The position numbers and the translations under genes were made by a program. Positions 18,747 to 28,198 of a stretch of 50,897 bases of DNA are shown piece after piece. The stretch is from a virus (taxonomy: Duplodnaviria; Caudoviricetes): the IMG/VR virus record IMGVR_UViG_3300027811_000006, positions 1 to 50,897 of that record. The stretch is one strand, 5' to 3'. Every line of letters starts with the position of its first letter. Position 1 is the stretch's first letter. Below the pieces are notes generated by a model. It saw only the letters and a program-made list of their open reading frames with translations. It was not told where the DNA came from and did not search any database.

Positions 18747-18949
18747 AATTGTTTTTCAGTGAACATACGAACTAGAACGTCATTCTTTGATCCTTCTATG
18801 GAAATCTCACCAGATAAATCTACCCTGCAAAATCCACCGTTAAAATGTAAGACAACCTTTCTTGGTTCTACGTTCATAAGTTCAATGAGTTGAACAAGAT
18901 ATTTTCCTGCATCATCTATGTTTATGGGTGAAACTTTAATGTATATCAA
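18734..18949 (-). CDS. hypothetical protein
   Basis: ORF track; overlaps the terminase stop. Confidence 0.5.
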   Translation of the reverse strand: MIYIKVSPINIDDAGKYLVQLIELMNVEPRKVVLHFNGGFCRVDLSGEISIEGSKNDVLVRMFTEKQLCKI

Positions 18950-20265
18950 ATTTCACCAATCCTAACTTTCCCACCTCCATACGGATGAGCCTCGTGAACA
19001 TAATAACTTAATCCATCACTAATATGTGAAAGCATCGCCTCATTCTTTTCTAAATCCCCAGCATCGTCGCACGAAACACCTTCAAAGTCTCGGCAAATCA
19101 TTGGAGTCTTTATGGGATCTACAATAATATTGATGTATCCATCAGCCGAACGTAATTGCGTATTTGTAGAATTCAATCTACTACGAATAGGCGGATTAGC
19201 TCGTGGGAAACGCTCCTTGATATTAAAGTTAGGTTTTAACTTATCACGAATTATTTCCCAATCACTTCCTGCGACTCCCTGAGATGTGTGTGCTCCACCT
19301 GTTGCATCTCCGTGCAAAAATACAGATCCTTTATGATGAGACCATTTACGAAGTAACTCATTACATACTTTCTCAGTATTGCTATCCTCTCGTTGAAAAA
19401 TCTCATCTATAATTGCAATACATTTCCCACGAGTTTCTTGATTTCGTAAACGAAGCCATTCCGGTGGATCTTGTTCTTGAACGACGAGACACGTTCCTGG
19501 TCGTCTGTTGAAATCGTGACAAAATATCAATGGTTCATTGGGATCATATACTATCTGTATCCCATTCGGTGGATGATTCAATATTGAATAGGCATAATAT
19601 GCCAATCCTTTGAAAGAAACAAATGCTCCGCCGTATTCCTGCTGAAAAGTTAAATCATCTACGTCTCTACGAGCCTTTTCGAACTCTTGTGGATCTATGT
19701 CATACGTTGACCACGTGAAAACATTCCAATCTTCAAGTTTCTTAGCATCTTCTGTCAATGTAAAATAATGATTCTTCCCTTCTGGAACACCTATTAGATC
19801 TGCCCACCCAGGACGTCCTTTCGTAGATAATGCAGGACGAACATTTCTTTCCCAAATCCCCTCTTTGAAATTTCCAAATTCATCTCCAACAAAACCATCC
19901 AACGGAGGACCCTCTATCCGTTCTGCCTTATCCATTCCAAGAATCTGTATCTTAGTTCCTGTCATAAGATAAATAGTTCTATCAGAAATCACTATGGGAT
20001 GATGCTTACGAAGCATCCAAGCAGGAATTAAATCAATGATGTCGTCCCAGAATATTTCTACAGCTTGTCGATGTGTTGGAGCTCCGCAAACAAAACGACC
20101 ACGAGGTTGAAGAAAGGCCATCGCCTTCTTAACAATCTTACGCTTCGCAAGTTCAGTTTTTCCCGAACGACGCCCTGCGTGACAGACGTTGAATCTCATC
20201 TGCGATCGCCAATATCGCTGCTGAACAGAATGATAATCTAATGTTGTCCATCTATTTGTCAGCAA
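18946..20265 (-). CDS. terL: terminase large subunit
   Basis: Walker A AGRRSGKT, GAPTHRQA, Walker B GFVGDE, GVPEGKNH, FQQEY.GAF, nuclease DFN and HISDGLSY. Confidence 0.93.
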   Translation of the reverse strand: MLTNRWTTLDYHSVQQRYWRSQMRFNVCHAGRRSGKTELAKRKIVKKAMAFLQPRGRFVCGAPTHRQAVEIFWDDIIDLIPAWMLRKHHPIVISDRTIYLMTGTKIQILGMDKAERIEGPPLDGFVGDEFGNFKEGIWERNVRPALSTKGRPGWADLIGVPEGKNHYFTLTEDAKKLEDWNVFTWSTYDIDPQEFEKARRDVDDLTFQQEYGGAFVSFKGLAYYAYSILNHPPNGIQIVYDPNEPLIFCHDFNRRPGTCLVVQEQDPPEWLRLRNQETRGKCIAIIDEIFQREDSNTEKVCNELLRKWSHHKGSVFLHGDATGGAHTSQGVAGSDWEIIRDKLKPNFNIKERFPRANPPIRSRLNSTNTQLRSADGYINIIVDPIKTPMICRDFEGVSCDDAGDLEKNEAMLSHISDGLSYYVHEAHPYGGGKVRIGEI

Positions 20266-20683
20266 GGGAAGAATCCATTTCTTTCATAGCATCGTGTATC
20301 TTTTGTGCGAACTGTTGTGGATCCTCAGTCACCACATTTTCTAAGCCAAGTAAGATATCTAATCGTTGCTGTGCGACCAGTTTATATTTTATTGGAGCTT
20401 CTAGATCTCTGATAATAGAGCAATAAAATTCAACGCTCGAACCTTTGAACTCATTTGGATCTACATTGAATATCTCTACGATTCTTGCTTTCGCAAGAGT
20501 GATCAATCTCATCATTGTGCAAATTTTTACATCAGGATAAATCTCACGAAGCTTCGCTTTTATATGGCTCTTCCGCATCTTCATCCCAAGCCATTCTGCA
20601 ACTTGATCCACAAGTTCGTCAGAAATTTCAGCAGCTTCATTTGCCATAGATATACCATATACGCTCACGCGTGAAGAAAGCAA
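20252..20683 (-). CDS. probable terminase small subunit
   Basis: Directly upstream of terL; helical, with a ..RLDILLGLE motif. Confidence 0.55.
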   Translation of the reverse strand: MLSSRVSVYGISMANEAAEISDELVDQVAEWLGMKMRKSHIKAKLREIYPDVKICTMMRLITLAKARIVEIFNVDPNEFKGSSVEFYCSIIRDLEAPIKYKLVAQQRLDILLGLENVVTEDPQQFAQKIHDAMKEMDSSLADK

Positions 20684-20715
20684 TCAATATCTTATTTGAA
20701 GTTATAACTTAATAG

Positions 20716-21243
20716 TTATAATTCATCTGTGGTATAATAACCAAATCGCAAGAAAACTTCAAGTATCGTCTCTGCAACTTCTGATGTAATAGACTTCACA
20801 GATCCATCTTCCAACTTATATTGATACGTCGCAGTCCATCCCGCTTGTCGTGCAAATTCATTCGCCGAGATACGAATTATAAATCTCGCCCGAGTAATCT
20901 CTGAGTGACTCAATACATATCTAATTTTCATACCTGCAAATAACTTACAATCTAACTTACTAGATTTATCTAAGTCTTTATCTGGCAGCTTTCTTTGAAA
21001 ACAGCTTCTGCAAATAGCCTTTGTGTGATCTTTACTGACGACCCAAGATGAGGTGTTTATTTTGATACATTCACATATAGGACAGATCCTTTTAGGAACT
21101 ATTTGATTTAATAGAGACAACCTATCTTCCAAACGCATCTTCTGCAAATGGAATGCTACCTCGGCAGGATCACCCCATTCTACTTTATTTATCTTTAACT
21201 TACTGTCTACAGACTTCATCTTTACTTCTTTAAAAATATTCAT
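20716..21243 (-). CDS. zinc-finger + XRE-type HTH protein (possible late regulator)
   Basis: CPICEC...ICRSC, and C-terminal RAR..ISANEFARQAGWTATYQYKLEDG HTH. Confidence 0.65.
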   Translation of the reverse strand: MNIFKEVKMKSVDSKLKINKVEWGDPAEVAFHLQKMRLEDRLSLLNQIVPKRICPICECIKINTSSWVVSKDHTKAICRSCFQRKLPDKDLDKSSKLDCKLFAGMKIRYVLSHSEITRARFIIRISANEFARQAGWTATYQYKLEDGSVKSITSEVAETILEVFLRFGYYTTDEL

Positions 21244-21372
21244 AGTATCATTTCCTACTTATTTAATAACAGGTTGTATAATCAGATCTAACTAATAGAA
21301 GTCTCAATTCTTCCTACACTATTCACAAATTATCTTTTATTTCCTTAAAAATTCCATCGTTTTAACTAACCA

Positions 21373-21624
21373 GTTACTAGACCATTCGTTAGTGACCAAA
21401 TCTTTGACACCCCCTCTCACTCAAAATCTGAGATGACAATGGTCTCGACTCTTCTCTAAACTAACCATTATGTAAAAATCTTCTTTCCTTTAATTCTTGT
21501 ACTACTACTATACTACTACTACTACCTAGGCGAAAATAAAAATGAGATGATATAATTATAACGACTCAGATTACAATTTAAGGCTACCTTGTAGGTTGAG
21601 GTCACTAACGAATGGTCTAGTAAC
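21373..21624. repeat. 25-bp perfect inverted repeat with nested 8-bp inverted repeat and central (TAC)n tract
   Basis: GTTACTAGACCATTCGTTAGTGACC at 21373-21397 with its reverse complement at 21600-21624; AATCTGAG at 21425-21432 with CTCAGATT at 21565-21572; TAC repeats at 21500-21525. Confidence 0.9.
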
Positions 21625-21630
21625 CACCTA

Positions 21631-21948
21631 CTATAATCCTACAATTATTTGCAGCAAATTCTCCAATTCATAATCAGCAAGATGCCTACCATCTTCATCT
21701 TCAATCCAACCCGGAAATAATACAAAGCAAGGAAACCCACGAGCCTTAATCTCCCTAATTTTCATTCTTTGTAGGGGAGTCACTTTACTATCAACTTTAA
21801 GCTCTAAGAATCCCTTCCACGATCTATGCAAAATCAATAAATCTGGCATTCCTGCAACCTGGAATTCCCCACCGTGAATGTTGAACACGAATGCAGTTTT
21901 ATCCCGGAAATACTGAATCACTTTTGATTGAAAATCTCGTTCTTTCAT
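21631..21948 (-). CDS. VRR-NUC (PD-(D/E)xK) nuclease
   Basis: MKERDFQSKV, GMPDLL, FLELK and TPLQ motifs. Confidence 0.85.
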   Translation of the reverse strand: MKERDFQSKVIQYFRDKTAFVFNIHGGEFQVAGMPDLLILHRSWKGFLELKVDSKVTPLQRMKIREIKARGFPCFVLFPGWIEDEDGRHLADYELENLLQIIVGL

Positions 21949-22026
21949 AAGATTATCTCACATAGGCCTCATCTGAATTTTTACTAAATCCATACTACGG
22001 CGTGAAAGCATTCGTGGACAATATTC

Positions 22027-22398
22027 TCACGATAAATCGGTACGAAAATATGCTTGAAATTTTTCATAGGACATTACTGGAAATAGTCTTTCAAATATAT
22101 TGTTATCGTATTCCCCAACGAGGAGAATAACCTTTCCCAGAGCCATCGCATAACCGAGTTCAGTATGGCGACCGCCGCCAGATTTCTCATCACCGATATT
22201 GCAAATAAATAAATCGCAGTGCTGTATCTGCACCAAATCTCGTATCGCACGATAAGGATCGTCGGGACAATAATCTTTATCGTCGATATCCCACGTTGAA
22301 ATGACATCATAGCCCTGATCCCGTAAATGATGGGCAACATCTCGTTCAGTATGACTTGCTGCTACATAGATTTTCATAATAGATTTACCTTCAAACAA
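22027..22398 (-). CDS. nucleoside 2-deoxyribosyltransferase-fold protein (possible dNMP N-glycosidase)
   Basis: KIYVAAS, RDL.QI..CD and GGRHTELGYAMALGK.ILLVG. Confidence 0.8.
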   Translation of the reverse strand: MFEGKSIMKIYVAASHTERDVAHHLRDQGYDVISTWDIDDKDYCPDDPYRAIRDLVQIQHCDLFICNIGDEKSGGGRHTELGYAMALGKVILLVGEYDNNIFERLFPVMSYEKFQAYFRTDLS

Positions 22399-22622
22399 CC
22401 AGCATTTATGACAACTTTATTTCCCGCTTGTACGAACGTTCCACTAACTTGAATAAGGCCATAAAATTCTACGTCAATATGATCCGCGTGAAAGGAAATT
22501 TTACTTTCTGGGAATTCGATCTTCGTAGTATTAATCAATGTTCGAAATTCGCTGAACATAAATGGCAGATCCATATCTGTTTTTAGTATTCGCTTTTTAT
22601 CTTGACACAGCCAAATTCGCAC
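22374..22622 (-). CDS. hypothetical protein
   Basis: ORF track; tight packing. Confidence 0.45.
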   Translation of the reverse strand: MRIWLCQDKKRILKTDMDLPFMFSEFRTLINTTKIEFPESKISFHADHIDVEFYGLIQVSGTFVQAGNKVVINAGCLKVNLL

Positions 22623-23420
22623 TTAGAATTCCTCCATTTTGAACATTCCTATTTTACCACACATTTTAAGTGAAGCGATTTCCATTTTAACAAGCCATTC
22701 TTCTATGATAGTTTTATTCCAAATAGCTTCCTCGATTTGAACATCGCCTCGGCGTAGCGTCGTAAGGTCCGTTCTCGGTACGAATGTCTCAAGAATCGAT
22801 AATTCTTTGGCGTTCCAAAGAGGCCAGCCATTCATTGAATGATTCCTCATCCAGATAATTGCACTTGCGATTCGAGATTTGCGAAGTCCTGATCCCGGAA
22901 TATTATCAACAGGATCTCCAATCCAAGCCTGATAAAGTGGAAGTTCTGAAGGAACGAGTCCGTACATTCTCACTTGAACAGTTTCTAAGTCCCAAGGATA
23001 TTTCTTATCGTAGAAAGATTTAACTACGACGGTCTGTTCGTCAATTAGTTGTAGTAAATCTTTATCATTGGCATAAATAGTCGTATGTTCTTTACCACAA
23101 AGACTTGCTATTACATCATCAGCTTCCATACCTTCGTGTTCAGCATTTCTAAAAACCTGTTTACAGAAGTTTTTGAACTCCTTAACGCGATTCATATCTA
23201 ATTTAGATTCTCTATTAGCTTTATATTCAGAATACAGATCGTAGCGAAAACTTCTACTTTCCCAGCAAAGAATAACTTTATCTTTGAAGTCTCTTTCAAG
23301 AGCTTCACAGCTCTTAAGAAAACCATATTCCATTCCTGTTAGAATTCCCTTAGATGTCTTTAAGAAATCTAACGAATGTCGACATTTATGTAATAACCAA
23401 AAAGCATCTACGAGAATCAT
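22623..23420 (-). CDS. 5'-3' exonuclease / flap endonuclease (Pol I N-terminal-like)
   Basis: ILVDA, FR..LYSEYKANR, EADDVIASL, DKDLLQL and GDPVDNIPG. Confidence 0.9.
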   Translation of the reverse strand: MILVDAFWLLHKCRHSLDFLKTSKGILTGMEYGFLKSCEALERDFKDKVILCWESRSFRYDLYSEYKANRESKLDMNRVKEFKNFCKQVFRNAEHEGMEADDVIASLCGKEHTTIYANDKDLLQLIDEQTVVVKSFYDKKYPWDLETVQVRMYGLVPSELPLYQAWIGDPVDNIPGSGLRKSRIASAIIWMRNHSMNGWPLWNAKELSILETFVPRTDLTTLRRGDVQIEEAIWNKTIIEEWLVKMEIASLKMCGKIGMFKMEEF

Positions 23421-23665
23421 TTTCTATCTCCTACATATATGATTTCTATCTTCCACAGCCAACGAATAGAGAAGATCCATCCTCGTGGAACACGTAGAAC
23501 CTTGTAGCGATACAGCCAAGTTCCATAGACACGAAATTCGTGTATTTTCATATCTCGTAGATCTTGTACTCTACGATTATAATCTTGCTCATTCATTAAG
23601 ATACTCCAAAATAATATCTCCATGACAAGGAAGCGGAGCACACCAGCAAGCAAGAACCTTATCAC
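23417..23665 (-). CDS. hypothetical protein
   Basis: VLRVPRGWIF motif; start uncertain, may overlap the DUF4326 gene. Confidence 0.5.
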   Translation of the reverse strand: MIRFLLAGVLRFLVMEILFWSILMNEQDYNRRVQDLRDMKIHEFRVYGTWLYRYKVLRVPRGWIFSIRWLWKIEIIYVGDRK

Positions 23666-23909
23666 GAAGCGATTCTACTGCTTGTTTGAATTTTGAATCT
23701 TCAAGTTTTTTGTAAAACCAAAGACGATACTTAGCAATAACTTCTTCACGATTACCATCTCTGCCAATTATGAACGGATTGCCAAAAATTGTAGATCGGT
23801 CTATTGATATGACTTCTGAGTGAAATCGTATATGTCTGAAATTCACTAATGTAGTCATTTCAATCTCCGTATTTTGTCCAAGTAAAAAATAATCCCGTTG
23901 AAACTGCAC
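23589..23909 (-). CDS. DUF4326 family protein (likely start MTTLVN)
   Basis: IDR...FGNPF.IG.DG.REEVI.KY and L.CWCAP.PCHGD. Confidence 0.85.
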   Translation of the reverse strand: MQFQRDYFLLGQNTEIEMTTLVNFRHIRFHSEVISIDRSTIFGNPFIIGRDGNREEVIAKYRLWFYKKLEDSKFKQAVESLRDKVLACWCAPLPCHGDIILEYLNE

Positions 23910-24060
23910 AAATAATGCTAAATGCAGCTATTTCTCTGTATGGATATTTTAGTAAATGAAACAAACCAGCACCAATAAAAAGAATATAAATATAAAGAAT
24001 CGTAAGTACGATGTTATTTATCAACGGGGATGAACTTTTAATGTTTCTGAATGAAATCAT
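23860..24060 (-). CDS. small membrane protein
   Basis: Two hydrophobic segments. Confidence 0.5.
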   Translation of the reverse strand: MISFRNIKSSSPLINNIVLTILYIYILFIGAGLFHLLKYPYREIAAFSIICAVSTGLFFTWTKYGD

Positions 24061-24076
24061 AATAGTTATTCCAATC

Positions 24077-24304
24077 TTATTTCTTATTTATACATTTACT
24101 ACAATGACGGTCAGGATAGAGACATTCAGCACAATCTTCACGTCTTCTTTTGTTTGGATGTAGATAAGTTAGAAACACCGAGTTTCTAGATATTGTAATT
24201 TTTTCAATAAGATGAGTCAAATCAAGTCCAGGTAACATTAGATAAACTTTAGTATCTTGATTTTCTATTTGTGATAATCCTACAATCAATTCTTTGACTT
24301 TCAT
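24077..24304 (-). CDS. hypothetical protein
   Basis: MKVKELI..L start and Cys-rich C-terminus. Confidence 0.55.
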   Translation of the reverse strand: MKVKELIVGLSQIENQDTKVYLMLPGLDLTHLIEKITISRNSVFLTYLHPNKRRREDCAECLYPDRHCSKCINKK

Positions 24305-26526
24305 AGTATCCTCGCAACGAAGTATCCATCATATTGTCTTACAAGTCCAAAGGTATGACCTTCAAATTCAAAAACTTCTTCAAATGAACCTTCGAAAATC
24401 TGTTCGCCTCGACCACTATCTAAGGATAAAGGGATCTCACAAAGTCCTCCTTCACAAGCAGCTCCTTGAAAAGTATCATCTTCATCTTCTTTGAATTTTG
24501 TATAATCTATTGGAGTATAACCTCTGATTAGAGACAGATATTTTGTTTTATCTGCTTCTGTTACAACGGCTTCTCGAGGACAAAACGGAATATCTTTATC
24601 TGATTGAGCAGGGAGAAATGTCATTCCTGTCGGTTTGAATTCCCAAATAAATTCAAAAACATCATTCCATTCTTGTTCAGAAACTGTAACAGTACAACTG
24701 ATATTATGATGATACTGAATTCCACCAGATACAATCCAATGATCATAGAAATGCCTTATTATCTTAAGAAATTCTATAGCTGTTTGTTGCTCATAACAAC
24801 CTGTCATAGGAAAGGTAATACACCAATCTCCATTAGATTTTACTTCAACCATTTGAGGATTAAATTTTTTGAAATACTGAGCAACGGGTTCTAATGGGTT
24901 CGCAGTTATTCTACGAAAGTATTTCTTTGCGTGATTAGGATGAATTCCACTACTGATTCCACCGAGTTCTAAGCTCGCAGTTCCACTTGGTTTAATACAA
25001 GTACAACGAACTGAGGAATTGATTCCTATCATTGTTGCTGTTTCTATGTTTGTTTGTTTTACGATATTAGCTAAAAGATTTAATAATTCTGCAGTGAATT
25101 TTATTTTGCTATCATAAATTCCAGTAAATGACACTCCTATAAGAGAATCACGTTCGGCGACTGCGTGCGAAACCCAGGATAGATATTGAAAATCTGTATA
25201 AGATGCTTGTAGAGTAGCTATGATCGTTGCCTGTTCAACTACCTCTTCAATATCTTCACAAGTTGCAGTATTAACTTCTACGAGATTACAGAAGCCGAAG
25301 CCAGTTTCTCCTTTGAATGTAGGATCAATCAGTATTTCTCCACAAGGATTTATTCCCATATCTTCTTCAGGAAGCCATACGAATCCTGGCTCTCCATAAT
25401 TTGTACGATTGAGCTCCATAATATCGAGGAAATTCTGTTTAGTCGTAGTAGAATCAAAAACGACGGAATTATTGCATAAGGTTCTTTGACCTATATTCAA
25501 TCCATCTTTAGAATGTAACATTTCTTCATCATCTTGACTGAATAAAACAATCAATGAACTTCGTCGTATTCCACCCGCTAAGACTGCAGATGATAAATGA
25601 CAAATGATATCGTAACATTCTATGGGACGTAAATGTCGTCCTTCAGCTCCAGATAATATCTTTCGCATTTCTTTAAGTGAATGTCGCAACGCAAGATGAC
25701 CTGGAGCCTTTCCTCCACTTCTATGTAATTCAGCTCCTGCAGGTCTTATAGCACTATAATCAAATTGAACATAGTATCCATTAAGAAAACCTTGCATCAA
25801 AGAATTAACTGCTTCAGCCCATCCTTGAATAGTATCTACTACTTTATGATGACAAATCAATTGCTTATCGACCTTATTGATTCTTGGCAGTTTATCGATG
25901 TGATGTTTCTGTACGCTGAATCCACATCCACAACCACAAAGAAGTAAATATAATATCTCACTGAAAACTCGTGGGCGATCTATCAAAGTAAATGTACAAT
26001 TATACATTCTGGCATTTTCAAATTGAATCGCTTCTCCAGCGAACTGCATAGATCGCATCGAAGGTAAGATTTCCTTACGACGAACAAGATTAAATGCTCT
26101 TTGAATCATTTCTTTGAGAGCAGGAAATTTTCTGATGTGCATTTGTTCTACGCGATTCACAGTCTCAAGGAATGTTTCGCGTCGTTTTTCATTTGGTAGA
26201 TATCTTGCATATTTTGCAGCGTGAATATAATCTGCGACTGCATTAGGATCTGGTATCGCTTCACGAAGTTCTGCTCGTTGTTGTCGATAAAGAATATATG
26301 CTTTAGCAATTTCGGGATACTTCATCAAAACCTTTTCTACAAGATTTTGAATGACTTCTAGATCTATGATTTCACTTGTGAAATACCTTTCTACTTCGTC
26401 TGTTAAAAGTTGTAAAGTCTTACCATCAGCAATACCTCTTTTCGCAATGAAAGCCTTCGCTATCGCTGAGATAATTTTATTACGATTATATTCAACTAAT
26501 GACCCATCTCGTTTTCTCACTTGCAT
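24301..26526 (-). CDS. nrdJ: class II (B12-dependent, monomeric type) ribonucleotide reductase with N-terminal ATP cone
   Basis: ATP cone MQVRKRDG...KI..AI.KA; PSMRSMQFAG, NCTF, NPCGEI, CNL, TCIKPSGT and C-terminal CEGGLC. Confidence 0.92.
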   Translation of the reverse strand: MQVRKRDGSLVEYNRNKIISAIAKAFIAKRGIADGKTLQLLTDEVERYFTSEIIDLEVIQNLVEKVLMKYPEIAKAYILYRQQRAELREAIPDPNAVADYIHAAKYARYLPNEKRRETFLETVNRVEQMHIRKFPALKEMIQRAFNLVRRKEILPSMRSMQFAGEAIQFENARMYNCTFTLIDRPRVFSEILYLLLCGCGCGFSVQKHHIDKLPRINKVDKQLICHHKVVDTIQGWAEAVNSLMQGFLNGYYVQFDYSAIRPAGAELHRSGGKAPGHLALRHSLKEMRKILSGAEGRHLRPIECYDIICHLSSAVLAGGIRRSSLIVLFSQDDEEMLHSKDGLNIGQRTLCNNSVVFDSTTTKQNFLDIMELNRTNYGEPGFVWLPEEDMGINPCGEILIDPTFKGETGFGFCNLVEVNTATCEDIEEVVEQATIIATLQASYTDFQYLSWVSHAVAERDSLIGVSFTGIYDSKIKFTAELLNLLANIVKQTNIETATMIGINSSVRCTCIKPSGTASLELGGISSGIHPNHAKKYFRRITANPLEPVAQYFKKFNPQMVEVKSNGDWCITFPMTGCYEQQTAIEFLKIIRHFYDHWIVSGGIQYHHNISCTVTVSEQEWNDVFEFIWEFKPTGMTFLPAQSDKDIPFCPREAVVTEADKTKYLSLIRGYTPIDYTKFKEDEDDTFQGAACEGGLCEIPLSLDSGRGEQIFEGSFEEVFEFEGHTFGLVRQYDGYFVARIL

Positions 26527-27392
26527 AATAATTCTCCAAGAAGTTTTATAGTGTCATTCAGCAATTCTGCTTGATAATCTCTACAAAGAAAACTACGTTG
26601 AGTTTCTTGAACTGTAGTTAAATCATATTGTTTAATGTTTTCAGGACCATCAATAATCCACGGATTAATTTCTTTTCCAAAATGACTGGTGCATTCTCGA
26701 TCAAAGAAAATAGACAGACCCGCACTAATCGCCTCGTAGAATCTATTTGCCGGGGATTGTCTCGGCTGATCAACATCGTGAAAATAGATCGTATATCCAA
26801 ACTGTTGAAGATCATACGGTAGATTAAACTTATCTATTGCCCGATAATTATAATATTCACTAAAACGATTATGAGATCTATCGCTTGCAGAAATTATCAC
26901 ATCTTTGAAATACTTGTCAAAATAACGAATTCGGCCAGAACGGAAAGATCCCCAGTAGATGAATCCTTCACCAATAGGTTTTAATGAAAGAGGATTATAA
27001 GTAGCTCGGTTAAGATTTAGGTAATAATTTTCTTTCACCCACTCATAAGATTTCAGGTGTAGAGGAGGCTCGTGAATGTTTGAAATTAGAATTCCTCTTA
27101 CTCGTTTTCTAATTTGTGTTGGTAAGGGAGATTTCCAGTCATCTATGAAACCTATAAAATGGGTCTTTGAAAGCACCTCCCCAGCGATCTCCAGTTGCTC
27201 TCCAGAGCAATACTGATGATTTCCTATGTTTATTATCGTATCACCCGAAAAAAGAGCCCCGGAGAGTTCTGACAGCTCTAATTCTTCATACCTAAAATGC
27301 AGCCTATCTAAGGCCGATTTTAAGAGCTTTAGATGCCCTTGCCATATTTTCGCCATTTTTATTTCTGGCTTATAGGTTAAAAGATAAATCAT
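26517..27392 (-). CDS. T4 DNA beta-glucosyltransferase-like GT-B enzyme
   Basis: IYWGSFRSGR versus T4 BGT IYGGSFRSGQR; NRFYEAISAGLSIFFDRE versus LRVWETMASDAVMLIDEE; FIDDWKSP versus LFTDIRLP (T4 motifs recalled from memory). Confidence 0.75.
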   Translation of the reverse strand: MIYLLTYKPEIKMAKIWQGHLKLLKSALDRLHFRYEELELSELSGALFSGDTIINIGNHQYCSGEQLEIAGEVLSKTHFIGFIDDWKSPLPTQIRKRVRGILISNIHEPPLHLKSYEWVKENYYLNLNRATYNPLSLKPIGEGFIYWGSFRSGRIRYFDKYFKDVIISASDRSHNRFSEYYNYRAIDKFNLPYDLQQFGYTIYFHDVDQPRQSPANRFYEAISAGLSIFFDRECTSHFGKEINPWIIDGPENIKQYDLTTVQETQRSFLCRDYQAELLNDTIKLLGELLCK

Positions 27393-28198
27393 AATCTACT
27401 TTTTGAACTTCGTAATCCTAGAGCCTTCTGCCATTGAATTATGACATCTGTTCTAAAGACAGGATTTTCTGGGGATCCTCTCCACGAATTTATCGTTTTC
27501 TTTTTTACCAATTTAACTACTTCTGGATGATGTTGTTTTAGATTTAGAGCACATCTTTCTAAGAGTTCTAAATCTCTGTATGTCGCCGCTCCTCCACGAG
27601 AATTAGATCCACGTTGTTCGTGAGCATATTTGAAATTAACGATATTAGGATATCCAAGTTCAAGCAATTCTAAAGTGATATGAAAATCATCTTGAATATT
27701 TATTTTGAGTCCTGCTCCAAATTCAAGTTTTTCACCTTCAATGATAGATTTATCAAAACCGTAGATCCTATATGGCCGCACAGTTTCAAGAGTGAAAACA
27801 TTCGCTTTTTGTAGACGATAAGTACATTGAAAATTTTGAGTCCTTGCAGAAATACTTGCGTGAGCATATTCATTCAACGCTTCATCAAGCCATTGAATCA
27901 TATCTACAATTTCAAAAGGTTTTATCATTCTTAAATCTACCACTTCTGTATTATCTCTAACAAAGAATGATAGATCATCATCCATCATACAGATTTTGTT
28001 GTCATCAGATAATTTGACAATCGCCTGACGAATATTATTAATTCCTGTACAATTGATTCTGATGAATTCAAAAGGGGGATCTATAGGAGGAGAATCATTT
28101 TCGTCTATTACATACACAGCTTCTATTCCAGCTTCTGCAAGTTTCTTAGCAGTATGCTGAATGTCTTGTCTATTTTTTGTAGGAATGAAAATCTTCAT
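27389..28198 (-). CDS. DNA base glycosyltransferase, GT-A fold (TAGT / T-even beta-glucosyl-HMC-alpha-glucosyltransferase-like)
   Basis: KIFIPTKNR, GI.NIRQAI, MMDDDLSF, DDFHITL.LL..GY.N, SNSRGG...YR, L...HP.VV. Confidence 0.8.
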   Translation of the reverse strand: MKIFIPTKNRQDIQHTAKKLAEAGIEAVYVIDENDSPPIDPPFEFIRINCTGINNIRQAIVKLSDDNKICMMDDDLSFFVRDNTEVVDLRMIKPFEIVDMIQWLDEALNEYAHASISARTQNFQCTYRLQKANVFTLETVRPYRIYGFDKSIIEGEKLEFGAGLKINIQDDFHITLELLELGYPNIVNFKYAHEQRGSNSRGGAATYRDLELLERCALNLKQHHPEVVKLVKKKTINSWRGSPENPVFRTDVIIQWQKALGLRSSKSRL

